Assembly (NCBI RefSeq): GCF_009914755.1
Contig: NC_060935.1
Source of the DNA: the human T2T-CHM13v2.0 reference genome, Homo sapiens
Length of the DNA: 64,000 nucleotides
Reading direction: 5' to 3' (one strand)
The position numbers and the translations under genes are program-made. Positions within the stretch are counted from its first letter, which is position 1; each line of letters begins with the position of its first letter. The notes under the pieces are model-generated. The model was not told where the DNA came from. It saw only the letters and a list, made by a program, of their open reading frames with translations, and made no database searches. This document shows, piece by piece, positions 41,753 to 60,246 of this stretch.

Positions 41753-42591
41753 TGACTGCTTGAATTTTCAATTTTTACATTTTACATTTTAAATGTAAAC
41801 ATTTCATAGTTTTAGTGGAGGTTTAAACTTTCTGCTTTATTTTGTCTTCGTTAAATGCTGAGGATTTACATTTCATGTTTTCATATTGCCCTATCCTCAG
41901 ATTCCAGAGTAAGCATTTTGATTCTTGAATGTTCTTCTGTTGTAGTCAGCACTAGAAATGCCTACTAGTCTGCCCCTACGTAGAGCAAAAATGCATTTCT
42001 TTATTATTATTGTTAAATTATGTCCATCAGTGTGAACAGTGCTGTCACTTAATTATTCCTCCTGTGTACTCTAAATGTTGTAACAATGCAAGGGATGTGT
42101 AATCATAGGTAGATAAGTGAAAACCAGGGAACACACACAAGACTATTTTTCTCCTTTAGCATGTCTATTTATTTGATTTTCATGCCTTGAAACACCATAG
42201 GAGAGCTACAGTGAATGCTGCCTTTGAAAAAAAAATTAAAAACTCTTTTAAATAATCTGTACCTTCAGTAAAGCTGTGTTTTACTGCATCTCCAAATGCT
42301 GTTGGTTAGTATTCAAGACTGAGGGTTCCTTGTAAATCAATATCTAGTGTCAGATCTAAATTAAATGTTATTGCTGTTAGTTTTGTGAGTTATCATTTAA
42401 AGTCCCTTTGCATCAGTTACACCAACAGAGGTAATTTCTCTAGCTTGTTTTATTTTATCTTAATTTTAATGCCTCAAAATGTATTGTATTCACTACTCGC
42501 TTTTCTATTCAGCCACTGCTGAAAGAGATTTTCTCAGGGATTGATGAGAAAGTCCTTGGATAACATACTCAATGGTCAAAAGAAAATGAGA

Positions 42592-42916
<325 letters not shown>

Positions 42917-43446
42917 TTAATTGTCACATGAACCTATCTTTTAATTTTTTTCCTGTTCGGAAAAGCAAGGTAAAACTTTGACATTTTTATCTAGAATAAC
43001 TTTGCTAAAATGAAAGATTAGATTGTTTCAAAGGCTTAAGAGAAAATTCTAATGGCTGAAGATAAAAAGTAGCCAATTAGTGATAGCCATAATAAAGAAA
43101 AAGAGGAAGGAATTGGAAGCATAAAAGATCAAAATGCTAGTTCTTTTGTTAGGAACAATTCTAAACTTTTCCTTCATTTTTTCCCTGCCAAGATTCTTCA
43201 GCTGCCAGTTAGAATATAAAAGGGAAGAAACGACCTTTGTTCCAATGGTAACAAGAAGAAGAAAAAATGGAATATAATAAAAATTATATGCTTCTTTAAG
43301 GGTAGAGAAGAGCGGTGGGTTCAAGGAAGATAAATAAAATGAATTCCAGGGAAAAAGAAGCCCTTCACAGAGAAGGGGACAGCAAGAGCCACTTCCATTT
43401 GAGGGTCATGGCCAGGGTTGGGTTCAGATTACCCTGCCAGAACTGA

Positions 43447-43815
<369 letters not shown>

Positions 43816-45017
43816 TAGTAGATCCAAACCCAGAAATTCAACCCCGCTTCTCCTCCCCTCTGGCCTTCTGCAGTCAGCAATTATGCCAAAATGTGCTACA
43901 TTATCATCACCTTCAGGGCTACCCAGGATTGGCTGCAGAAACTCTTCAAATAATGAATTTATGCCAAGTAGATCAGGAGAAGCAAACACCACTCTCTTAT
44001 CAAAGCTACTGGAGTGACAGAGTGGAAAGTCAAGACAGGAAACAGGGCTCTAAATCCTTTTTGGGGACAATAAAGGAAAAGATTACTTCAAGGACGTCCA
44101 GCCCACCTAAACGACAGCCACTAAGTTCTAGGGAGGACAACACAATGGGAGAAATAAAACTGAGCTCAGCAGGGAAGCCAAATCGCATAGAAACAGACAA
44201 ATTATTGAAGTGGGCAGAAATGGCAGGATTTGAAATAGTCAGTTGTAAAAACTGTGGGCTAGACTTTAACCAGAAGTCAGTCCTCTTTACTCATGAGATG
44301 ACTCACTCAGGAGGAAAGCTTTATATTTGCAGTGAGTGTGGATGAAGCTTTAGCTATAAATCAGCTCTTGTCACACACAAGAGATCATATACTGGGAAGA
44401 AGGCTTATCTCTGCCCAGATTGTGGGCACGCTTTTAGCCAGAAGTTAAACCTAGTCACACACAAAATGGCACACCTGTGAGGAGTGTGGGTGGAGCTTTA
44501 GCCAGAAGTCAACCCTCATCAGACATCTGAGGACACACTCAGGAGAAGCCCTTTGCGTGCAGGGAGTGTGGGCGAGGCTTTAGGGATAAATCCAACCTTA
44601 TCACACACATGAGGACTCACTCCTGGGAGAAGCCTTATGTGTGCAGGGATTGTGGGAGACTCTAGAGATAAATCGGCTGTCAGTAAACACCAGAGAGTTC
44701 ATTCAGGAGAGAATCCCCATTTGTGCAGTGAATGTGGCCAGAGCTTTAGTCAGAAATCATATTTCATTAAACACAAGAGCACACATTCAAGAGAGAAGCC
44801 TTTTGTGTGTCGAGAGTGTGGGCGAGGGTTTAGCGATAAGTCAAACCTTACCACACACCAGAGCACACACTCAGGAGAGAACCCGTATATGTGTGTGGAG
44901 TGTGGACGAGGGTTTAGTGTTAAGTCAGCTTTCATTACACACCAGAGAACACACTCAGGAGAGAAGCTTTACATGTGCACAGAATGTAGGTGAGGCTTTA
45001 AACATAAGTCAACTCTT

Positions 45018-47720
<2,703 letters not shown>

Positions 47721-48335
47721 GTCAACTCTTGTTGCACATCAGGACCCACTCTGGTGAGAAGCCTTATGTGTAGAAGGAATGTGGATTGACCTTTACAAAA
47801 AAAATCACACCTCTTCAGTCATCAGAGAACACACTCCAGGGAGAAGGCATCTGTCTGCACAGAGTGTGGGCAAGGCTTTAGCCAGAAAGCAAATCTATTT
47901 AGGCAAGATAGCTCACTCAAAGGAGAAGCCCTTTGTGTGCAGAGCGTGTGGATGAGGCTTCAGCCAGAAGTCAGCCCTCATAAGACATCAGAGGACACAT
48001 TCAGGGGAGAAGCCTTATGTGTGCAAGAAGTGTGAGTGGGGGTTTAGTGTTAAGGCAACCCTCATCATGCATCAGAGAACACACTCAGGGGAGAAGTCTT
48101 ATGTTTGCAATAGGTGTGGGGAAGGTTTTACATTGAAGTCACACCTTATGAGACACCAGAGGACACACTTGTTGTAGAGAAGATTTATGTACTGGGAGTG
48201 TAGGCAAAGCTTTAGCAATGTCATGCCTCACCACTGAAGACAAGACAGCTGTCGGGGCAATCTCATGTTTGCAAAGGGTAGATTTCAGAGATATGTTAAT
48301 CATCACCAGAAAACAGGAGACCCACATGTATAAGG

Positions 48336-48530
48336 CAGTGGTTCTCAAGTAGAAACAATTTTATACCTGTCCCCACCATGTGAAATTTGGCAATGTCTAG
48401 AGACATTTTTTTTTTAAATTGTCACAAATGGGAGATTGTTACTGGCATCTAGGGGGCAGAGGCCAAAAATGATGCTATACATTCTGTAATGCACAGGACA
48501 GCTCCCCACAACAAAGAGTTATTCAACCCT
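48336..48530 (+). mobile_element. MER20 hAT-Charlie DNA transposon, end truncated
   Basis: cagtggttctcaa..tttggcaatgtctagagacatttt..actggcatctag..aatgcacaggacagc..ccccacaacaaagag. Confidence 0.9.
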
Positions 48531-48649
48531 ACAAGACTTGGACCCCTCTAAGGGCAGCTTTGGCTTCAGAACCCCTTTACTGGCTTGGCCGAACGTTTCT
48601 TAGACTGTGCTATAGCTAAGAGCTTTCCAAACTGACGTAATAGGCTTCC

Positions 48650-49280
48650 TTGAAATGACACCATGACATTGAAAACAATATTTTTGCCATAAAATGTGTA
48701 CTCTCAGTCTCATCATGAACAATCATTAGACGAACATAAATTGAAAAATATTCTACAAAATAACTGCTCTGTATTCTTTTAAAATATCGAGGATGAGAAA
48801 GATAAGGAAAGGCTAAGTAGCTGTTCCAGATTAAGGAGACTACAGAGACATGACCACTTAATATGATGTTTCATACAGGATTAGATCCTAGGCAGAAAAA
48901 TATAGATACAAAGACTATAGATTAGAGAGTAGTATTTAATAAATCAATGTTTAATGCAGTAATGTGGTCATGTAGTCACACTCTTGCTCTAAGGAAATAT
49001 GCAGCTGAGTTTTTAGGGGTAAAGGAAAAAAGATGACTCCAACTTATTCACGAATTGTATGAAAAAATAGTATCAAAGTGTTTACAGAAGACAAAATGCA
49101 TATAAAAATATAAATATGTTTTCCAGGAGAGAGAAAAAGAGAAAGGAAGAAAGAGAGATAACACAAAGGGAACAAATATAAATCACTGGTAAATACAGTT
49201 AGAAGATGTATGAGAATGCTTTACACTTTTGTTTTTTGGCAATTTTCCTCTAGGTTTTGTATTGTATAAAAGTAAATACA
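48650..49280 (+). mobile_element. L1MC-type 3'-end fragment
   Basis: attctacaaaataactg..ctgttccagattaaggagact..agagacatgac motifs. Confidence 0.7.
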
Positions 49281-49419
49281 TTAGTAAAGTAGGAAAAAAT
49301 AACAGAGGAAGGAAGGAAGCCCCTGCATTGTTGGGTTGGTTACTGGTTAGAATAATCACAGGTAAAATTTGGTATGAGCTGCAACACAGCCTGAATCAAC
49401 TCAACTCCTGAAGAAATCA

Positions 49420-49760
49420 GAAAGGTTAGTCTATACCCTAATTTCCAGATAGAAGAAAGTGCTTGTGAAATATCCATACTTTAGTCTCCAATAGTTCTTT
49501 CATATGCCATGTTTTGAATGTAATTAAAAATTACCAGACATGGAAAAAAGTAGGACAATGTAACCTATAGTCAAAAGAAAATAATTGAAACAGACCGATA
49601 GGTCACCCAGTTAATGGAAATAGCATTTAGAGCTTCAAATCAATTATTATAACTATTGTAAAGAACTTAGAAGACTGGTAAGACACTTTAGAAGAAAAAT
49701 CAAATTTCCAAGAAAAGAACCAAATATTAATATTCATATTGAAATATGCAATATCTGATT
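49420..49760 (+). mobile_element. Ancient L1M ORF1-start region
   Basis: aaaaattaccagacat..aaaaag.aggacaatgtaacctata motif. Confidence 0.55.
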
Positions 49761-52700
49761 TTTTCTGGGTTTGCAGATACAGCAAAATTAACTGCCATCT
49801 TTCCCCAATTTCTTTCTGAAATAAGTTTTATTGAGATTCAAATAAGTGATTTAAATGAACCCAGAAATAACATTAAAGGAAGCCATTGCTTTGGAAGCTA
49901 TTCATTTCTTCCTTTTTTTGAACTGAGAAAAAAAATAAGTTATTAAACTGTGATCCAATCAACTATATTATGAAGGAGCTCAAAATTTGGATCCTAAATA
50001 AAAATTATTCACCTCTTTTCAACTCTGCCGCTTGCTTCTGAAGTTAAACATGCTTTTGTGATTCTTGTTTAGAAATGTTTTTATTTCCAAATTTTAAATA
50101 GGGTATTTGAGTTCTCTTGAAGAATTTGCCTAAATAGTATTCTTTTTCATAGATAAATCAATTAAAATTTATTATGTTTTAGAACTAACAAGAATCTTCC
50201 CTCTCTCCCTCTTCTTCCCTTTCTCTTTCTTCTCTCTCTCTCTTTCTGTCTCTCATATATTAAGAGCAACCCTGCCCACAAATTTAGTAAATACAATATT
50301 TAGGTTTTTTGACTTTAATTTCATAGGAACAATACCATTAAAGATAAAAAATTGCGATTTATTCATTTTCATTAATTAATATTCTTATGTTAAGTAAGAT
50401 CAAAAATCAATGGACTGGCCAGATATGACCTACTTATTGTTGGGATTAAAATGGGTGGAAAGTCTGGGGAATTAGTATTTACTATAAAAAAATTCCTGCA
50501 ATGGAAATAAGACCAAGATATTTTGGATAGCTATGATTTTTGTGCTCCTTTTCTAGTATTTGACATCAGAGCCCTTTCAGTTCTCTGTGCTTAAATGAAA
50601 CAAATAACATTTATTGGTTTGGGGTTATCAAAATTTAACTATTTTCTCTCATTAGAAAGGCAGTATGAGCTTATATGACTCCCACCACCCCTTTTTGGAT
50701 ATATTACAAGTAAGCTTTTTTGAAAATTAGAGATTCTTACTTGTTATTTCGTAAATACACACATGCATACACATGCTCACATACACTCCAGGGAACCTAT
50801 AATTCAATACAACCTTCTTATTAAGAAAATTTTTCTTATAAATGTTAGTGCTAAATGAGAATTAAATGCATAAGAAATTATTCTTGTAAGATTTATAACT
50901 AAATTAATGAGTCTATCATTCTGAATTTAAAAAATGTGAGAGAGCCACAGGTGTAGTTAATCTGGAATTGTATATATGAGAAGTAGGTAATTAGTTATAT
51001 CTCTTTTTCAGACTTTTTTCTTTGGAGTCTCCTTTACCAAGAGCAAAAAGAATCTTGATAGTGAGATTTCTGTCTATGCTTGTGGCCCTCAGAGAAGCAT
51101 TTCAATAGATTATTCATCTGTAAAACTGGAATGGGGAGAGAAGATCCTCTGTCAACCTTAAGATGCAAGCTGTGCTATATAATAGTTGAAAGGACACAGA
51201 AAAATATTTAGGACAATTAAAGCAAGCTACCATTCTAGACATAGGGATTATAAATAAATTGATTTTGATATTGATGGATTCCATTGCCTCCTACTTCTCT
51301 TACATTCTTAAGCCCAGATAGCTGAAACATAGTTGCTGTTTCTATTTAGTTCCCTTGGCAGATAAAGACAAACTGCTATAGTAGTGAATATTAACCGTCC
51401 AAAGGAAATGGGAAGAGTTATAGGGATCATTTGATTCAAATATGGATTCTTTCTCTTTATCTGCTGCAAGAACTTAGATAACATGGGCTACTTCTAAAAA
51501 ACTAATTTTCTTATCTGAAGGATCATTAAGATTAAGTAATATTGTATAAACCAGGATTCTGGTGAGTAGTCATTTTAAAAATACCCCTTTCTTTCTGCTG
51601 TCCCCTACTTAACTGGTCCCCTCATTAAATTAATGAAAAAACTAAGAGGTCTATAACAGCTGCAACTTCAGATCATTTGATGACTTTGATCAAGTCATGT
51701 AAGTTCTCAGAGTTGCTATTTTGCCAATTTCAAAACCAAGATAATAATAGTTGACACCTGTTCACCATGCTGTGAAGATAGATGTAGTAACATCCATAAA
51801 GCAGGCTATAATCTGGGGAAAGACAAGCACCACTTGCAACAAAAGTTATAGCAAGAATAACATTAAAACATATTTATGTTCCAGGTATACCCTAAATAGA
51901 TTTGGCCACCTGTTGTCCAGGATATATTGACCTCTAATTAAAAACAAATATCTTCCAGTATTCATTAAAGTACATTTTAGCAAATTGTTACTGTTCTGTA
52001 AGAGTTTCTCACAGGTTGACAAAGAGCCTTTGGGCAGCAGCACTGGACTATGCTGGCAGGAAAGGGAAACCCTACCAGGATACATTCTGTGCACAATTAC
52101 CAATCAGCCAGCAGCACTTCTCACTGAGATTTTATAATACTTGCACTGAGCAAACATTAACAACTTTAACCTGGATATTTTGCCAGGATTTTAGATTACA
52201 CAGTGCCTGACAGCAGTATGTGCCATGTAATATGGCACCATAAGTTTCTTAGTGTTACATTTAAACAGAACAACATTTGTCTTATCTGTTAGTAATATCT
52301 GCGAGACCTTTTTACATTAAATTTGGTACTTTAATTTTTCTTAATATCTGTAGAAGGAGTATTAGCAGTATGTTCTTTAAATGCAATTGTTTATTTAAAC
52401 ACTGGAACAAAACAGGTGTATGCAAAAACAAGCTATGTGATTATTAAGGAAGTCAGCATATTTTATGATATGTTTTAAACATTTAAAGATACCTCAGCTA
52501 CTATTGTTTTTATATGGCTTACTACATGTGGCTTTTTAAATTATGTCTGCGAGTATTTCCCCAAGCCAGATTGGGTGCCTGAACATGTTCTACGGAATGC
52601 TAAATGATTCAGTAAAGTCCACGAGCACTCCAAAAAAGTGCTGTCTTTATATTCACAGGAGTGTGGTAGGAGAAAAACATTATCTGAGTGTCTTTCTCTG

Positions 52701-54280
52701 CATTGAAAAAGAAAGAATAATACAAATGACCTTCTAAATATGTTTGGGGGAAAGTTATTACCTAGTTTATAAAGAGGAAAAACATTTATTTTAAAAGTCA
52801 GAGCCAAATAATAACAGAAGTAAAGAAGGCAAAGAAAATTAGAGAAAGAAAAAGAAAAAAAACCAGTATTTCAAGAGAATTCTTTGTGCTTTCAAGAATG
52901 GAATCAATTAAAGATACGTATCAGTGATGCACAAAATTCAAACAATGCCCATTTTTCAGTTTCTACTGATTCAAATAGACTTTTAACTTTTTATATAAAA
53001 ATTGAATGCTATTTTAAAATAAAATGATTTGCCAAAGAGTATGTTTTTCTTTCTTTAGAAAGTGTAATGAAAAGGGCTGGAGAATAAAAAGATCCCTGTT
53101 TGGAAGGATGAGCACATTCAGAATTTTAAAGGCTAGCTCATGCTCAGTCTCAGGGAGACAGTGGTGATGGTCTCCCAGTAGGACTTGCTTCTTTTCTCAT
53201 ACCTCCCATCTATCCTTCAAAGAACTCAATATACTCTTCTTAAAGCATGCTGGCTCCTAGTTAGTTTGCAAATAAATGCATTCACGACCTACGATGATCT
53301 CATCTCCAGTTTATTTTATGACCTTTTCTCACTGCTCCTTTACACTTATTTGGCTTTCCAGTCAAGTGACCTACTGGTTGAAACATCCCTATGCTTTCTC
53401 ACTTCCATTATTTTACTCATATTTCACATGCTGTCTACAAAGTTTTTACTTTGCTGCGACTTTTCTATTTCCACTTGTCAATGTTTGTTATTTCCCCTTT
53501 AAATATTACTCTGATTAACTTTGTTCCTTAAGCCACAATTAATTTTACTGTCTTAAATACTCCCATAGCAATGTATGTAGATCTTTCACAGTGCATTGTA
53601 CCACATTTTCTACCATACATTAACTCATTTATGTAGATGTCGCATATCCTTCATTATTCATATTTTCTTCTATATGTTACATAATCTCTCTGAGATCAGA
53701 ATTCAATTTGTTGTTACGTCACCTCTGTACATCTACCTCTGAGAGTAAATTACATTTAACGAATATTGTGTAACTCATTTAATAAATACAAAAACGAATA
53801 TCTTTATCTTAATTCCATTCATTCTTCTTTCATTGGTACAATTTTATATTTTAATTTGTTTACATTTCTTAATATGGTTGATTGGCAATAAAGTTGGTTC
53901 AAGGCCTAGAAAGAGGAGATTAAGGAGAGAATGCCATAGGGTAACTATTGAAGGATAGAAAAAGCAGGTTTCAAAACCATCAGTATCCAGGAATTAAGGG
54001 ACAGATACCAAAACAACAGTTTCATAGCAGGAACAATCTAGTTAAGACACCTCTGCTCAGAAGAAATGGAAAAACAAACCATTTCTACTGAACTCTCAAA
54101 TACTGAGAAAGGGGCATTGCATTGGTTTAATTGTTCATGGGAGACCTCTATTTGGGAAGGTGTGACTACTGTCTACACTCTGTGCCTGAAAAATTTCTTT
54201 CAGTAGTGAAGACATAGTTGCCTTAAAAAAAAAGGTGGTCCATTGGGAAAGAATAATAAAAATTGTGAAAAAAACCAAAC

Positions 54281-54305
54281 ATATATATATATATATATAT
54301 ATATA
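54281..54305. repeat. (AT)n microsatellite
   Basis: Read directly. Confidence 0.9.
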
Positions 54306-55899
54306 ATGTATCATGTGGAGACATTAGGTAAAGTGTGGGAGATTTTTTTTATAAAATGTAACTAATAGGCATGTTCTTCAAGTGTTTTATTATAGTCCAT
54401 TGTAATGCATTAGACTAGGGCTGTGTTCACTGCACAAGGGGAATATCTTGCATAGGTAACAACATGATTGCCATAGAATAGCTTTATTCAAAATACCCCC
54501 AAATATGATATAATCAGATTTTCTATAATCAGAATTCTGGGTTAGCATATACTCAAAGATGCCAGACTTACTGACTATATGTATAGTATGCTGGACAGTA
54601 TGGGTTTAAAAATCAAGTATAAGGAGATTTAAGGATATAAATAGTATCAAATTTATGAAGAAGATGAGATACGTGTCTCTACAAAGAGAGACTATGTGAC
54701 AAAAAAAAGTACACATCTAGTCAAAGTAACAGACTTTACTTGAGTTCTAGGACTGGATGAGCTTAATGGAAAGAGGTCCTACATTGTGTAAAGCAAAATA
54801 AAAGCATTTTCCTTTCAGTAGCCACTAGAAATAGCCCTCTCCAGTGTCTTTACCTCAAAAAGAAGTTCAGGCTGTAAATAACAGTAATGACTTATACGTA
54901 ATTAGACTAACAAACATTCACCGAGTGCCTATTCTTTGTCTTGTAGAAACAAAATTATTGGGCCAGATTCTGAAAAGGTAATGAGGAAAACCAAAGTTTA
55001 TACCTCTCAGCAGCATTTTTTAAATTCTTAATAAGAGACAGGTAAATGAATGGTTAGACTAATAGTGGTAGAAATCATTATGCCTAGTGGTTTATGAGAA
55101 CTAGAGAAGGGCTCCCAAGAAGTCAGGGAGAAGGTGGCCTGAATGACTCTTAGAAAGCTGATGATTGAGCTGATATATTGGAGCAGGTTTTAGAGTAATT
55201 CAGATGAAGAAGGTATGAAGTGGTTAGGGTTGGAAGGGGGGTAAAGTTGAGTAGAAACTAGAAGTCGAAGATGCACATTTCTTATGTGTTGATAGAATAA
55301 AAATAAATTATTCCATATTGTCCCTGAAAATGAGCTAAATTAGTTACAGCCAAAAAAGAAAAAAGGATATCTTTTAAAAGGATAACTCCCATGGCATACA
55401 TCTTTAGAAAAAGAGGTTTGCCAAAGTAGGAAAGCAATCTGGTTTGTGTCTATCAAAAATAAAACATTTTAAGATATGGAAAATCTGCAGCTGTTGAAAG
55501 CACCCTGGGATATGACTGCCTCCTGTCTCCAGAAAATCAATCCCAAAGATAGACTTGTTGCTAGTACAAAAGAATCAGGAACAAATGAGGGGTTGGCATG
55601 GTAATCATGGTGGCATCTCTAGATCTGTACACATGGCCAAATGGTGGTTTTCTATTCTTTCAAGCCATACTGTGATCTTTGAAACTTTTCTTCTAAATTG
55701 GTTATCTAGGTAGATAGCTCATGACAAACTTTCTTTAGCTTTATTTTGTTTGGATTATCAACTAAGGCTTCTCAGCCTAAATTTAAGACAGAATTATCTC
55801 CATTAATAAAAAAAATGATGTTAAGACAATCACTCCTTTGTGTTTGAAGCAGTCAAGTTGAAAGAAAAACACTCATATATAAACACAAAAGGAGTTGGC

Positions 55900-56300
55900 T
55901 TCACTAGAATTGAACTTGGAAGAAGTTGCAGCATTATTAATTTATGTCTTATAGCAATACCATCACCCCTACTCTGAATTTTTCAGTGAATCCATGCCAG
56001 AACTTCTCTGACAGGTAGTCAACTGACTTCTCTTTGATTGGTTATTTTCCTCTCAGATGATAGCCTATTTTGTGTTTGGGCCACTTTAATTGTTAGGAAA
56101 TCCTTCCATATATTGCTAGCAACTGTCATCTGTTGAACCTAGCCTGTAATGTCTTGTCCATTGTTTAATTGTTGTCCTGCATGTAGACACTTTTAATGCT
56201 TACACATAGCAAACGTGTTCCATAATTTCATCCTACTCAGGCTAAACAACTAGTCTTTTCAAATATTTCTCATGTGACATCATATGTGTTCTTTCTCCTC
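55900..56300 (-). mobile_element. Degenerate L3/CR1 fragment
   Basis: ctttaattgttaggaaatccttcc and caggctaaacaa motifs typical of antisense CR1. Confidence 0.5.
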
Positions 56301-57350
56301 ACTTTCCTTAGTAAGAATATGCTACATTTTCTGTATGTTTTTATTAAAATTCAAGAACATCTGAGAATCTTACTCATCTGAGATATGTATTAATAGTGTC
56401 CTTAATAATTTAGAGACCCTATTAAATTTGGGAAGGAACAAAGATATGAAATCTTCTTTTATAAGTATTGCTTTACCGAAGTTGTAATCTTCAATAATCT
56501 AATAAACCAAATCTTTACCCAATCATTTGCACTTTCAAGTAAGGGTTTTCATTTGTTGACAGGACTTAAATTTTAATACCTTTTTCTCATTTCCTTAAGT
56601 TGTTTAGGGTTCACATGTAAGGAAATGCCTCCTTGATGATTGGGGTTCTGTATAATACAGCAGAAAACTCAGTTCTCAGAGAAAGCTGTAAGTGTAAATC
56701 CCTGTTTTGACATGTTGTAGCTCTGTGGCCTACAAATAGCTGTTAACCTTTCTGATTCTTAATGGTTGTATCTACGAAGTAAAGACAACTTTTAAGGAGT
56801 TAAGCAAAGATTAAATGAGATTATGAATGCAAGATATCAAGAATAGATAGTACCTTGTTCACAGGGAATGCTCTAGGAATGTTAGCAACATTGAGGGAAG
56901 AACAATGCATTCACATCTAATTTAACAATCAAGACATATTTTCTAGATGTGATAAGCAATAAGACCCTTAAAACCTAATATGTCTTGCTTAAAATTACAC
57001 AGCTTCTTAACATAAGAAACAAAATAATAACCCTAATCCTCTGTTTTGTCTTTCTTTCAATGATACCAGTTATTATTATACATAAATGCATATTTCTATT
57101 GCTGTGAACAAATTTCAGTCTAAGAAAAGTATTGAAAAGAATTATATATATGCTATTGTACCAAATATTCTCTCAGTTTTATTTCAAAATACCTCTCTGC
57201 AATAAAAATGTAAGATACTACTGTCGTAAAAACATAAATAGCGTTTTACTTATTAATATGAGCACAGCACTAAATTAGAGCTTGTTGGTAGCAAATGCTG
57301 GAAGTAAGGATAGCAAATGAAAGATTATAAATGATTTCCTTGTGTCTTAG

Positions 57351-57741
<391 letters not shown>

Positions 57742-58304
57742 GATAATTATATTTTTTAAATGATCTTTATTTATCCTTTAGTGACGGAGGTTTGAGAATG
57801 AAAATTACTTACAGACAGTTTTTAATTATCTCCATATTCCAAAGTTATAATCACTAAAAATATGGATGCAGGAAATAAGCACTTTCTCTCATATTTTGTT
57901 TATGACGTTCTCCTGCTCACACTGCCTAACAGCTTTTCTGTTATGTTTTAGTTTATCAGGTTTTAGTGACATCCTTGCCACCAATTAGCCATATTACATC
58001 TAAGGTTAGTTAGCTGCAAAGATGTATCTCTATCACTCACTTTAGGTATGCTTCCCTATGTGTAAAATATTGATAATTTCTTCCCTAAATATTCTATGAG
58101 AATATAAAAAAGCTCAAATATAGTAGAAAATGAGTTATAGAGACCACGTTCAAGGTGCCAGTTATACCTATCAGTTGAATAAACTGTAAATCCCTTAACC
58201 GAATGGAGCCTCTTTTTCTTCATCTATCAAAGGAGGAGTTGAACTAGATCTTTAAAAACTCTTACATAGTAAAGCCTAAGGTAAAAAATAGAATGTGTAC
58301 ATAT

Positions 58305-58504
58305 TTCTTAATATGCATATTAAGAAGTTATATATATAATGTGTATATATTTCTTAATGTACATTAAGAGATCCTTAAATATTGTGTATATAAAATTGTG
58401 TGCATATATACACAATATAAGGATGTATTATAAGATATATACACATTATATATTTATTATACATTCTATATAAATTGTGTATATACACACAATATTATAA
58501 GGAT
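58305..58504. repeat. AT-rich cluster of palindromes and inverted repeats
   Basis: 22-bp and 18-bp perfect palindromes plus 19-bp inverted arms, checked by hand. Confidence 0.85.
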
Positions 58505-59940
58505 TTCTTTCCATATGCTTTCATTGTCTAATAATAACAGATACACTTGGAGTTTTCATAAAATACGTTCACCTTATGATAAAAGTTAATATATGGTAGT
58601 AACTGTACTTTAGAAATATATAGATTAACATCAATATGATACTTTATTCTAGAAAATATATTAACTGTTTAGAACCATTGGTATGGCATGGTATGCCATA
58701 CATGGTATGACATGGTAAAAAGAACATGAAATGTGGAATAGAAGCCAAGTTTGAGTAAAATTTCTATATTCACTTAACCACCTCAAGAGTTTTCCTTCTT
58801 CTGTAAAATGGGCCCAAATGAGTACTTGCTGTTAGAAGAATTTGATGGAGTCAAAATTATGACACCTTTCTAGGGAAAAAGCCCTGTTTAACAGCTAGTC
58901 TTATTCAATGTTTTACATGGATGGATGTTCAGAGCCTGATGTCCTTCCTTCCTACATTCCTCTGTCATAACATCCACTCCTGAAATAAAGACCAGAAGAG
59001 TCATGTGAGCACAAGGTACTGAGGAATTCAAACTGGGTAAGGTTAAAAATTCCTAGCTGGAATAATCCACAGAATATACAAGCCACATCTTAGAAAGTGA
59101 AATTTAGAGAAGTTGTACACATTGCCCTCAAATCGAGTAGTTTGTGAGGGCTTCCCACCAAATAAATATATGGCTTTTTTTTTTTCTTGCTTGCCAGTCT
59201 TAGTGTTGTTTTAAAATTTTAGATGGGCCTTTTCTCTCCATCTGGTAGGTGACATGTGCTGTTACATTTTAATAGTGTCCTATAAATCCAAAGCAGAGGA
59301 AACTTTAATGATGAGATAAGGAAAATAAATGCATTCACACACAGAGTGGTGGCCACTTCCTTTTCTGAATTCAGAGTTCCGTTTTGCACTGTGATCAGCT
59401 CTGGTGAGCATCAAGTGTATTAGGTAACCCTTCTCTCCTGCCCATGAAGACAATATTTTCAATATTAAAGACCATTAGGGAGAAAAACTGAGATCATTTA
59501 CGATGTTGTGACTGGCAGTCATTTATCCAGCTTAGGGACTTTGAAATTTTAAGAGGGAAACACAGTATTTCTCAGCAATAAGAGACACAGCATGGCCAAC
59601 TTGAGTGGATGCCCACAGGTGAAGAAATATTCTCTCTGCAGCAGTGCTATCTGTTACCAGGACACTGACACATGGGAAATTCAGGCTGAGCCATTATAGG
59701 AACCACAGAGGATGACTTGAGCTTATTGAATATTACGTCTGCACAGTGACAAGTTATCCAAATGGCATTAATTCGACTTTAGTGCTCAGAGGATGTTGAA
59801 TTACAAATTAAACCTGTTCTATTGTTCTAAGTTTACTAAGAGGTCGTGAAGAATTTGGCATACCAACAGTATCACTAAAGACACCATTTTCAGGAATTTC
59901 AGGACATCTTGGAAGGCTGCCTGCATAACCGCATAACCTC

Positions 59941-60246
<306 letters not shown>

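Noticed and set aside
44240-45000. 84-bp periodic repeats resembling an array or CRISPR
   Set aside because: They are C2H2 finger coding units.
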